Assembly (NCBI GenBank): GCA_030704615.1
Contig: CM060731.1
Span: forward strand, 91,078,001-91,142,000
Length of the DNA stretch: 64,000 nucleotides
Direction of reading: 5' to 3'
DNA from: Takakia lepidozioides
Lineage: Eukaryota; Plantae; Bryophyta
Positions 37,023 through 48,599 of the stretch are shown here, in pieces. The translations under genes were made by a program, and so were the position numbers. Each line of letters starts with the position of its first letter. Position 1 is the first letter of the stretch. The notes under the pieces were generated by a model, which was not told where the DNA came from, did not search any database, and saw only the letters and a program-made list of their open reading frames with translations.

Positions 37023-37459
37023 TGGCCTACGTCCGAAGTATAATTTTCGGAGCTTGCGACGAGGTCTCCTGTATGGTGCACAAAATCCCCCCCTCTCAGG
37101 TTCGAGCATAAGAAGAACAGAGACAGGGAAAAGGGGCAAAAAGTGCAGATGGAAAGGGCGCGAGAGGGGTGACTGAGGAGACACGACAAAAGTAGATGAA
37201 ACGGCGGTGATGCACCACTTGGGTTCGAAAGGGTTGGACGAAAGTGTCTCCTCGTGGACTTTGCGTCATTACGAAATTCGAATCGTTCAGGGTACACCTG
37301 CCGTCCGAAAAACAAACATCATTATCCAACGGTCAGGCTGCGCCGCCTCATGCCACTTCAGTCAGATAGAATGCAGACATGTGCCGCAATTCCGTTGCTC
37401 CACGTGTTCACATTTCAAGGCATTTCCGTCCCAGCATCTGCTGAGTTGGAGTGAAAATG

Positions 37460-38677
37460 CGAATGCGGCGCCGCATTTCCGTTAAGTACCATCACGAAGC
37501 TACACATCCGTACTTGTTGGAAGAAAATGCGGCACCGCATTTCAGTTCCACCTTCACATACCTTAGTTGTTGAACGGAAATACGGTGCCGCATTTCCGTC
37601 CCACAGCTCCATGTATGAGATACAAAAGGGAAATGCGGCGCCGCATTTCCATTCAGGAAGGGCCCCACAAGATGTGGATGGAACCATCCTCCCTTGAAGA
37701 GAAGAGGCCGGTACCTTGTATACTGAAGTTGGAGTATTCGAAAGGTGCGATTCGGACGGAAATGCGGCACAACATTTCAGTTCCCGTGGTTCATGATTTT
37801 CAATCTGAATCGAAATACGGTACCGCATTTCCATTCCCCCTTCACATACCGCAGTTGATGAACGGAAATGCCGTTCCACATTTCCGTTCGGGAAAGTATA
37901 GAGGTCTCACCTGAACAGAAATGCGGTGCCGCATTTCCTATCTGGAAAGTTTGAAGGTCTCACATGGATGGAAATGCGGCACCACATTTCTGTCCCACAG
38001 CTCCAGGCCTCGTATACAAAACGGAAATGCGGCGCCGCATTTCCGTTCGAGAATGTCGGAAGGTGCGACTCGGACGGAAATGCGGAGCCGAATTTCTGTT
38101 CCCGTTGTTCACGATTTTCAGTCAGAACGGAAATGCGGTACCGCATTTCCGTTCTGTAGAGTATTAAGGTCTGACCCTGGCGGAAATGCGGTGCCGCATT
38201 TTCGTTCCACAGCTCCATGCCTCACATACAAAACGGTAATGCGGCGCCGCATTTCCGTTTTGGAATGTCGGAAGGTGCGACTCCGACGGAATTGCGGTAC
38301 CGCATTTCAGTTTCGATGTTTCACGATTTTTCATCAGAACGGAAATGCGGTGCCGCATTTGCGTTCTGGAATGTTGGGAGGTGCGAGTCGGATGGAAATG
38401 CGCTGCCGCATTTCAGTTCCGATGGTTCACGATTTTCAGTCAGAACGGAAATGCGGCACCGCATTTCCGTTCTGGATAGTATGAATGTCTCAACCGGTCG
38501 GAATTGCGCTGTCTCAAGCGGTCGGAATTGCACTCGGCTCCATGCATCAGATACAAAATGGAAATGCGGCGCCGCATTTCCGTTCTGGAATGTCGGAAAG
38601 TGCGACTCGGACGGAAATGTGGTGCCGCATTTCTGTTCCCGTTGTTCATAATTCTTAATCAGAACGGAAATGCGGTA
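37460..38677. repeat. Phased array of ~22 palindromes (A)ACGGAAATGCGG-YR-CCGCATTTCCGT(T) with a 53-bp period
   Basis: Starts at 37524, 37577, 37630; then 37759, 37812, 37865, 37918, 37971, 38024, 38077, 38130, 38183, 38236, 38289, 38342, 38395, 38448, 38501; then 38561, 38614, 38667. Spacing is exactly 53 bp within each run. Confidence 0.95.
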
Positions 38678-39011
38678 GAGGCAGGAGGCGACGCGCCTTG
38701 ACCGTTGGATAATGATGTTTGTCCGACAGACTACACGCGTACCTTTAACGATTCAAATTTCCTAATGACGCATAGTCCACGAGGAGACATTTCCAGCCCA
38801 GCCTTTCGAACCCAAGCGGTGCATCCCCGCCGTTTCATGTTCTTTTGTCGTGGTTGCTCATTCAGCCCTCTTGCACCCTTTCTATCTGCAGTCTTCGCCC
38901 CTTTTCCATGTCTTTGTTCTTCTTATGCTCCAACTTGAGAGGGAGGAAGTTCCTGCACCAGATAAGAGACGTCGTCGCAAGCTCCGCAAGTTGTACTTTG
39001 GACCAAGGCCA

Positions 39012-42000
39012 ATGTCGAAGGGGAGGAAGCAGATGCGTCTTCAGGAGGAGATGGTCATCGCGCAACAGCAGGCAATGCAAACAACCCAGCCCCCGGTGAG
39101 AGCTCCGTGCTATCGGGATGCGCGCAGCTGATCGAGCACTGAAACCCTCCCTCCTTTTTGTTGTGCAATTTTTAGATTGTATGATAGGACACTTGAATGC
39201 AGAAGATGTTTGCATACCTAACTCAAAAGGTGGAGGTGGTGGAGGGATCGCAGGAATCCGAAGAGCCGTAGAAAGAATCCGGCGATCTAGCTGCAGCACG
39301 CACACCCATCCGATCCACGAGCACGGGTCTTCTTGGCGGGCTTAGCCCTGTGCATTTCAAGGACGCGGCTTGGAAAGGCAAGTCTTTGAAGTTCAAAGCA
39401 CTAGAGAAAAACTCACGTTTGAAGCTCATGGAGAATCGCCAGCAGGGGTCGGCCCCTTCTCCAGCAAAGACGAAGAAGAAGCAGCCCGTGCTTGAACAGG
39501 TTTCCGAACCGGACCAGGCCGTTCCCCCCCCCCCCCCCCTCAAGAGAATGAAGCAGAAGGGGGCAGTATAGATTCAAATGCAGCAGACGTCTTCACCTGC
39601 AAAGATTAAGAAGCAGAAGGCAATCAGAGGGAGGGCGGAGCAGTCTCCCACAAAACCGGTTTCACGAGCTGAAGCCCAGTTCCTGCTTGATTTTCAGACA
39701 GGTGATGTTGGGGGCGTCTCTGCTGCAGTGAAGGCAACGGGACAGACCGATGTCATTGATCTGTCAGCGGAGGAGGGTGCTGCTGCTCAACGTTTGCAGC
39801 AGGACTTCTCCATCGTTGTAGAAGGACTTCAGAATACTACAGGCCCGGAGGAGGCCTCTGCAATGCGACAATTGCCTGCATAGATTCCCCAGACTACAGG
39901 TGCAGTTGGGGATGCTCCAGCTACTCAGCCCCTACCACCACCTGCAGATATGTCTCCGGAGGAATTCCAAAGTGCAGCAGATACAATGTTGGAGGAGACA
40001 CACAGTAGTATTGGCAGAGTTCTGGGCCAGCAGGGTTCCAGCGGACTCTTCGAATTCCACTCTGTCGCATGGTCTCCCTTCCCATTGTCAGGCAGGCTCT
40101 TCCAGGAGATGTGGATAAGCTCAAGTTTGCATTTCGAGAAGGGTATCGTCTAGGTTTGCCCACCTTCTACATTTCCATTGAGAATGAGGACGGCGAAACT
40201 CGTGGACCCACTGCAGATGAATTGTCAGCATGGGAAACCCACTGGCACACTCGCAACAACGAATTCGAGACAATGCTGAAGGGTGATCCAGACTTCGGCC
40301 ATATGTCGGGCAAAATGTTTTTTGTGTGGGATGGGAATCACCGACTTCTTGCCTAGTGGGAATACATCAAACAGAACCATGCCAAGCATATTGGCTGGCA
40401 TTACATGGTAGTGTCATCCTCAAGGTGAAGGCGGCAGACTCCTCCCTGCTCAAGAATGTCATGGCGGACCTCAACTCGTAAGATTCTCATCCCCTCCCAT
40501 GCACATCCAAAATGCGGTGCCGCATTCCTTTTTCCAATCAGTTTTGTTTCCGCCCTTCAGTGGACTGAATTGGAGAGTGTGCCTTGCAGGGTCACTGAAA
40601 ATGTGTACGTGCATACCCACATGGCACATATGCTGTACAGGGTGAGGAAAACTGGTCTTACTGACCCGCACATGTTCGCCGAAATGCTAGAGCCCGAGCT
40701 CATTCAAAAAGCCGGGGCAAAAACAGACCGGACATGGTATCGGCTCACTATGGATGGAATGGTAGAGGTGATATATGAAGTAAGTTGTCCTCCCATTTTT
40801 CTCTCCTGATCCTTCCCCAATTTCCAGTCATCTGTCCACATGGATCGTATGTAATGCTTCTGCATGTTTTTCTTGGCAGTCAAACATCAAGCTAGATTTG
40901 GCCCATGCCAAACGCTTCTTCATGGAAAGTGAGGGGCAATCAAAAACATTGCAGTCATTGACCGAGCACTTGAAGGAAGCCGAGGTCAAGTCCAGAACCA
41001 AATACAAGTCAAAGCCTGTAAAGCTGGTGGCCATTGTAGATCCGGCTCTTGGAAAGGACTTCATCCCCAAGATTGCAAAACATTATTCTCGGGCCATGCA
41101 GCCGACCATGCAGTTGGAGAAACTGCATCACCTATCAACGGCATGTGTGGAGGCGAAAGAGAAGGTGAGGTTGCACTGCACTGAAGCTCCTTCCTAGCAA
41201 TAGCCACTCTACTTCCTGCTCCTGACATTGGATCGGAAATGGTAGACACGGTGGCTGTCAATCTGGAATGCATTGGAGAGTATAAGGGCCATGTGGTTCT
41301 TTCCACTCGAAGTTTCCGACCCTGCAGTGGATCTGTGGCTCAACCGCATGACTCGGTGGTTCCAGGTAATTCAAGGTACTTCCCCCCAATGCATACAAAT
41401 TCGTTCGGCTTGTACGTGAAATGGGATGGAACACAAACATTGGAAGACTACGCACGTGACACGTTTCAGATGTGTGTACAAGGACAACCTCTTCGCCAGG
41501 GAGCTGCAGACAGCAAGAAGGAGCGTGGAGTTTATACATCAGGAGGGGGGGGGGGGGGAAGCAGCAATGCGAATTGTGTACAGGTAAAGCCTAGCTCCCG
41601 TTGTATGCAAAAGCTGGGATATGAGGTTTGCCTGGGAAATGCGGCACCGCATTCGCACTTTATGTTTTCAGTTGCACTCTGCGAATACATTGGTCATAAC
41701 TTGTGCTCAGGCAATGTTGACTGTCTTGCAGGTATATGAAATACGTGCTACTTAAGATAGGGGCCCTGGCGCAAGAGCCCCCGTTTTTCGTGGCGGGCCC
41801 AAGCTGTGTCTACACACCAGAGATGCAGAAACAATGGCATGTCGCGCATCTCGTTGGATGCCCGTGGTACCTGGACATGTCTGGCGGACTTGTTGACGAA
41901 TCGGAGAAAGATCTGCACGCGAAAGCGGAGGAGAAGAGAAGGGAAAGACGTGTCCCTACTGGGCCTGAGTCGGCAAATGACGCTGTTGCTCTGGAAGAAT

Positions 42001-43503
42001 CCAGAAAGGCAGCTGAGATGGCACAGAAGACGGTGGATGCAGCTGTGCAGGCTCAACAGAAGGGGTCGAAGAAGAGGACTCGCCAGCAAGGAGCAGTAGT
42101 TGTGACACCCAAGAAGACGAAGAAGCAGAAACAGAAAGAGGAGGAAGAGGGTGAAGAAGAGGACTCCGATGCAGACTTTGCAACCAGCCCACCCCCCGAA
42201 ACGCAGCCAAAATCCCCTGCGGCCACCGTTGTCATGAAAGGGACGAGAACAGGCTCAGCAAAGAAGGCACTCTTTCAACCGCCCGGGGGGGCACCCTTTC
42301 GAGCCGGTGGAAATAAAGAGGCCGAAAGTGGAGCCAGAAACAGTAGTGCAGTGTGTGAATGAGAGTTTCTTGGCGGCTTTGGATGGATGGGCAGCCAAGT
42401 TGGTATACATCAAGTCCATGGAGGGTCTGAAGGGCAGAGCACTGAAGAAGGAGGTTGCCGAAGAGCCTTCCGACACCCCTGGGTTTCAGAAGATGGTCTC
42501 ATTCTTTGAGAAGGTGTGTACAGGGAAGGATTGCAGGAGGGGTGGAAAAGTCACCGAGTGGTCCTGCGATATGATCATCTTGGATATTCCGGATGGAGAG
42601 CTTGTGGAAGGACTGCATGCTTTGCCATCTTGTAATAGGTACTCCGAGAACTTTTGGAAAAAAAGATTCGGGCTCGCCCGCATGGTGTTGGACGACAGAG
42701 GCTGTGTCGTTGTCCTTGCGAGCAGAGGCAAAAACACGGAGGCAGGAATTGCAAAGTGGACCCGCAAGAGTGCCGTCCCAATTCTGAAGAAGAAGTGGGC
42801 GTGCATCAACACATTGGTCCTTCCGTCGGAAGGGAAGAAGGTAATTACCACATTGGCAATCGTCCTTGCATTTTGTAAGCTGTTTTGATATGTGGTGCCG
42901 CATTCAAATTCTAATCGTTCCCCACTGTGTATGCAGACGAAGCAGTTCGATGCATACTGCTTTGTGAATGAAAACTCGACCTTTGCTTTCCGGAAGGATG
43001 GATTGTTGGTTGACCCGAACTGCGACCCCATCGATTACGACGTCCTATTCAACAACGTTCCCACGGAACTCCTCCCTCATAGCCTCACTTCAATGGATCC
43101 CCTGCAGTATTCTCGGACTCGGAGCTCTGCCTTCATCCAGACAATTATGGAGGCATGCACTGACCTGGAGGGCAGAGTGCTGGACCTCATATGTGGAACA
43201 GGTATGCAGATTTTGGTACTATGATGTTCTGCAAATTCTCGTTATGTTCAAATTCGCCATTTCTCAAGGGCCATGTTTTAATGAGTGGATGCCATTCTAA
43301 CAGGTGCCTCAATGTGGGCTGGGCGGTTTTCCGACTGGCACCTCTTTGCCTACGAGGAGGACACTTCCGTCTGGGGATCCCATCTAGAAGGGCTTCAACG
43401 GAATGTGAAGGCTCCCATCGCAGCCACAGACTTCTCGGAGGATTCGTCGGACTCGGAGGAAGAGACAGTCGACATTGATGCCGAGGAGAACCCGGAATAT
43501 GAG
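39012..43503 (+). pseudogene. ParB/Srx-like plus amino-DNA-methyltransferase-like gene, copy 2 (inverted relative to copy 1; stops and frameshifts)
   Basis: MSKGRKQ at 39012; FFVWDGNHRLLA* (40069-40356); CDMIILDIPDG (42307-42888); GRVLDLICGT|GASMWAG…LFAYEED. It is colinear with the reverse complement of 32468-37350. Confidence 0.75.
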
Positions 43504-44205
43504 AGGAAAGGGCGGAGTGTGTTCTTCATACGCAACTAGCCGACTATGGCATCACCATGGCAACACCAAAGGTCGCGTTCCATGCATACATGCAGAAATG
43601 GAGAGCCACGGTGTGGCAAACATGTTTTTTCAGGGAGTTCAGCAAGGAGGGTGGAATCAGTTGTACAAATGAGTTTGAGTAGCAGGAGAAAGGAGAGGAA
43701 GCCATGAAGCATTGCCTTTACAGGTGCGCCCTTCTCTAGGCTTCTTTCATTTCCTCAGACACACCCTCCACCTTTCAATCTGTTTTGTGTGGGGTGAAAA
43801 CAATGTGCGGTGCCGCACACTGTTTTGTGGTGTCCGCATGAGGTAAATGTAAAGCTTGAAGAGAACCAATGCATTGCAGAATGAGGCTGTCTCTATGCCT
43901 ATAGGTACATAAAGTATGTTCTCATGGCAGAGAATTGCTTGGACAAACACCCGGATTTTGTGGACCTGTGGCTTGTTCCTTTTGGGAACCAGACCATGTT
44001 CACTACAAGGATCTTGGTGGACTGGGGCCCGCAACACCTTTTGAGCTGTGGTTGGTACTTGGATTGCCCAGTTTCTGAGACCCCTGCGCAGGAGGTGCCT
44101 TTGAGGAGAGAGAATGAGCGGGCAGCAGACGACACCGCAGCTGCTGACCTCGAGATTCATGAAAGAAATATGCGGATACTGGCAGAGAAGGAGCCCCCTG
44201 CTTAG
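43503..44205 (+). pseudogene. Fragment of a third, highly divergent paralog of the ParB-MTase gene (two exons, intron 43724-43904)
   Basis: ECVLHTQ…FFREF…EFE*QEKGEEAMKHCLYR|YIKYVLM…WGPQHLLSCGWYLD aligns with copy 1 QVVMHTN…LFTREL…EFTHQEGAGKAAMRIVYR|YMKYVLL…WHPAHLVGCPWYLD, and the phase-2 intron is at the same position. Confidence 0.65.
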
Positions 44206-44689
44206 ACTACCCCAGGTAAAGGTAGAAAAGGAAAGAGAAGGAACCTGGTGATGGGAGAGGGAAAGGAGGGAGTAAGGGAAAGGGATCCCTGGGGAAAATA
44301 GGTGGCCAGGGAAGTGTTCCAGAAACTGGCTTTACAGCGGATGTCCAACACACCCAGGAGACTCCACAACATACTAGAAAATCCGAGAGGAAGAAGAAGG
44401 GGGCGGTTGATCCTGAGAACCCTTACTATGCTGTGGAGCACCCCACGAGGGTCATTCGTCCAACTAGGTTGGAGATGGCCAACGTATGATTCCTTGCCAT
44501 GATGGAGTCCAAGAAATCAGATTACAAGGGCGATCCTTCTCCAGTGTGGGAGAGGCTTGTGGAGTTCCTCGGCTCGGTGGGCGTTCTCTTCTTCGTTTTT
44601 TTTTTTTTTTTTCTTGAGCCTTCAAACGTCTTAAGCATTCAATTGCATATTTTCTTGCAGGCAAAAATGACCAAATCTTGGGTGAACGG

Positions 44690-45818
44690 GAAAGAGAAGA
44701 CATTTACAACGTATTTCAATTGCGGGGAGACCGGGCACATGGCCAAAAGATGCCCGAAACCCCGACAGCTGAACATGACCCGGGCGACCATGGAGTTGTC
44801 TGAAGACTCCATTAGCCGCTTGGTGGAGGCGGTGGTTGCCAAGACTTGCAAGATAGGCAACTACTCTTGTGAGTTATATTAGGAGATGGGAGCTTTGCGT
44901 AAAAGAAGTCAGTTGATGTTTGTGAGCGGGGTAATTTCCAGAACTAACGTGTCGTTGTTGGTGGATACAGGAGCGTCACACTCCTTCATGACACCGGCAA
45001 CGGCACGGAAGCTGGGACTCCCGACGAGTAACATGGGGGTCTCTATTGAAGTGCGTTCTGCCAAGGGAGAACCACAACTAGCGACGAGGGTGGCGTTCGA
45101 CGTCCCTTTTTGGCTAGGGAGTTGGGAGGGGCGTGAGAACTTCACTATTTGTGAGATCGATGGAGTGGATCTCATTTTGGGGATGTCGTTCTTGAGCAAA
45201 TTCGGAGCGGTCATAGATGGCCACAAGAGATTGGTCACGCTGCCGTGTGGGAACAGTGGCGAAGTTTCAAAAGCATCGAAAACGCCCAACCGAGTGGGAC
45301 TCGGGTGAATAAACTTGCTAACGGCAAGGGAGTGGGCCATGGAGGAGCCACACGAGCCCGAGTTTTTGCTTTACGTGAGGCAAATGGAAGGAGAAGTCGA
45401 TAGGGAGTCGAGCCCATATTGGATCAAGGGGATCCTGGAGAAATACCAGGATGTGATGCCGGAGGATTTACCAAGCAGCTTGCCACCGCGAAGAGGGGTT
45501 GACCACAAGATAGAGGTGATGCCAAGATTGGAGCCGCTTGCCAAGGCGCCCTACCGGTTGAGCCATAGAGAGTTGGTCGAGCTGAAGACGCAGCTCAATG
45601 ATCTAATGGCAAAGGGATACATCCGGTCGAGTAAGTCACCTTACGTAGCCCCGGTACTATTTGCAGATAAGAAGGATGGGACATTGCCGATGTGTGTCGA
45701 TAACAGGGCTCTGAATAAGGTGACTATAAAAAACCAGTACCCTTTGTCAAGGATTGACGACCTCTTCGATCGGTTGGCAGGAGCAAAGTATTTCAGCCGG
45801 ATCGATTTGCGCTCAGGT
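44690..45818 (+). mobile_element. Ty3/Gypsy gag zinc knuckle, protease and first half of RT (degraded)
   Basis: FNCGETGHMAKRC, LLVDTGASHSF, and [12 protein letters not shown]…APYRLS…KKDGT…RALNK…IDDLFDRL…FSRIDLRSG, which ends abruptly at 45818. Confidence 0.9.
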
Positions 45819-45824
45819 CTGCAG

Positions 45825-46106
45825 ATATCAGATCCTGTGTTTCTCCTGAACCCCCATGACAAGCGGTCAAAGACAGCCGCCGCCAAGGCGGAAGTGGTGG
45901 GAATAGCCGGGGTTGACAAGTTCCACTGCAAGGACATTCGATCCGAGTGGTACAAGGTGAAAGTCCACGAGATCATGCTTCCAAGTGTTACATTGCCTTG
46001 CCCAAATGTGGACGATGCCGCCCCCCAGACCACACTAGCGCACGTGAAAGGCACGGTGACTCTGTGGCCAGAGAAGAGTATGAGGAAAGGTGAAAGTATC
46101 AAGTGA
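45825..46106 (+). pseudogene. Terminal exon of a CACTA TnpA-like gene (En/Spm C-terminal-type domain), displaced by inversion
   Basis: CTGCAG acceptor, then [11 protein letters not shown]…[11 protein letters not shown]…WYKVKV…LP.P…TLWPEK. It resembles 23549-23700 and is followed by an AT-rich 3'UTR-like stretch. Confidence 0.5.
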
Positions 46107-47174
46107 CATTTCATGTTTGTAGTCCCTGTTGGGTGTGTAATGATACTCATAGAAGTGTGTATGATACTCACGCTACCAGTTTTGAACATTTGGGCCATGA
46201 CAGTTTAAGTGATGTCCGGCAACCATGTATGTTGGCATTTAGTCTTGCTCATATGCAGGTGTGCCGTGATGGTCTCTAATTTGAATGTTATATCACATTT
46301 CCTGACTTGTCGTCGTGTCCGTCCACCTTCTATGTGTATGTGTGATGGTCTTTGGTCTCCCTGTTGCCTCGTCTATTTGGTTCATTAGCGTAGTTAGACA
46401 ATTAATTCACATGAGAACATGTGACTATTTTATGTATTTTTAGATCGCGACAAAAATGATAATGATAAATAGATTGGTAAATAGAGATGGTGTACAATCT
46501 CTTGGTTTTGCTCAGCTTCTTGCAGTTATGTCTTGTTGTATTGTTCTCTTTGTATTATATATTATATTTCATTGTTGTAATAGACATGTACATGACTGCT
46601 ATCATAGTCATAATAATGACTACATCTATTTCCACTCTCCAATAGTACTACACCACGTGGCAGAATTACAAATATGTAAAAAATAGCAATACACCACAAA
46701 AAACACCCATCATGACACATGTCAATCTGCTGAGGGACCACGTGTAAAAACTGCAGCGCGCCACGTGTTGCAACCGGATTTTCACACCCGTGAGGAGTTT
46801 GTTTCCGTACCATGGCGTCCCATGGCAAAGAACCAAACCCCCACTTGACTCTACTCTCCATTAGCTAGTTTGGCCGACTTCCTCCAAGTCATGGCCAAGG
46901 GTGGAGCTTCCCAAGCTCCACCCAGTGCACTCTTCTTGGCCCTCTTCATGGCCACGGAACGATCTTCTTCGAGGATCGAATCGCCTTACCGCAACAACAT
47001 TGCTTGCAACTGCTCGTGATGTCGCTTTGCCATCACCTTGAGCATGGGTTTGCTTGAACCCCTTTGACTAGGAAGATAACCTTGAACCAACCGTGCGCCC
47101 CAATCACTACAATTGGGCCCACTTTGAGATGCTGGCCTGAGGTACGGGAACACGCCGAATCCGCACTAAGGCTT

Positions 47175-48267
47175 TGTCCCGAGGTTACACGATTATAGTA
47201 CGTGAACGGAAACACGTAGCTTCCGCGTTAGCCCGCACTACAAGGCAACCCCCTCGGTACAGCGCGGTTATAGTACGCACACACGCCAAGTGCATACTAG
47301 CACGTGAACTCCCAAAGAAAACGCAAGTTTCCTTGCCCCTTAGATGGGAGTCACCCGATTTCGGCACTCCACAAATACACGACTTGTCCAATTTACCTCT
47401 CCCTACTTTTGTAAGCTAGCATGCATTCTACATACTTAGCCAACCACACCATGAATCACCATTCCAGACAAAACCTGTAACAACACATTTGGAAACGGTT
47501 TCTTTATAAACAAGATTTGTACAACACAAATCTTTGCAATCGGATTCCTGAGCTAGCTAAACCGGACTAAGCATGCATTTCCTCCCCCACTGTCGCGCGG
47601 CTTTTACTCACCCATCCCTTCGCTATCCGAGGCGGAAACTCCAAGATAGAAGAGTTGGAAATCTCTAAGCACTCAGCCCGCTCAGAACAATCAGTCATGA
47701 CCTACAGCTAGTGTATCATGGGGGTGTTTCCTATTCGTTTTCCTTCCCGCATTCATGTTAGCTAGTTACCTTATTGTTGGTAATTAAGTATCAGTTTGCT
47801 TCAGCAATTTATCGGATTCCATCAACTCATCCATTCATTCCACAGCTTCACTCAGATCTCTCTACACAGTGTGAGTATGTAGTATGTATCAGATTAATAT
47901 CTATCAAGTATCAGGCTGAAGCCATGGTATCTCTATTCTGCTCTACATTACAACTCTACTTCTTGCATTCAGCAAGTATCAACAGATCGTTCTCCTCCTA
48001 CTCCGTGCTCTCCCTCTTTCTACTCAGAGATCCGCTCTCCGCTTCATTTCCTAGTTCTGATTTCCCCTAAGTGATGTCCGAAATCCCCCCCAGAAGTGAT
48101 CCCAGAATTGATCATTTTCTAGTCCTTGCTCCTGGCTTTATCTTCCTACCCGTTGTTCTAACCGTTTCCCTCACTAACCGTCATCCGTGAACTAACATGT
48201 TCCATTCGCAGGTGTTGTTCCCCACAGTCGTTCCCTGTCCTGCTATCCGTTCCCTATGGTCGTGACA
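47175..48267. mobile_element. LTR-like sequence (TG…CA ends at 47175 or 47591 and at 48267)
   Basis: TGTCGCG at 47591 and CGTGACA at 48261-48267 form short inverted ends. No target-site duplication was found. Confidence 0.35.
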
Positions 48268-48268
48268 T

Positions 48269-48486
48269 CTGTGTCAAGCTGTGACTGGCTGTGTGAAACT
48301 GTGACGGGCTGTGACTGGCTGTGACAGGCTGTGTCGGCTGTGCGAAGCTGTGACGGGCTGTGTTGGCTGTGATGGCTGTGTTGGCTGTGTTGGGCTGTGT
48401 CGGCTGTGACTGTCTGTGTTGGACTGTGACGGCTGTGTTGGCTGTGATGGGCTGTGTAAACCCCCCCCCCCCCCCCCCCCCCCCCC
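48269..48486 (+). repeat. (GGCTGTGWY)-type 9-10 bp minisatellite followed by a 26-nt poly-C run
   Basis: Seen directly. Confidence 0.9.
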
Positions 48487-48599
48487 AAAGTGCGCTGTTG
48501 TCACCCCTAAGGCTCCTGTTGGTCTCAGTCTGTGCAAAAATTAAGGGTACCCCACAGATCTCATAAAAGTGTCTAAGTCCCAGACAGTCCTCTAACACC

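Noticed and set aside
37460-38677. CRISPR array
   Set aside because: It has a repeat plus fixed-length spacer layout, but the spacers recur in about five classes, no cas genes are present, the context is eukaryotic with spliceosomal introns, and the same motif is scattered singly in introns.
31874-43503. Bacterial contamination or prophage as the source of the ParB/MTase motifs
   Set aside because: The genes contain conserved GT-AG introns and are interleaved with plant transposons.
45315-46106. 263-aa ORF as a novel RT fusion gene
   Set aside because: Better explained as an in-frame chimera created at an inversion breakpoint.
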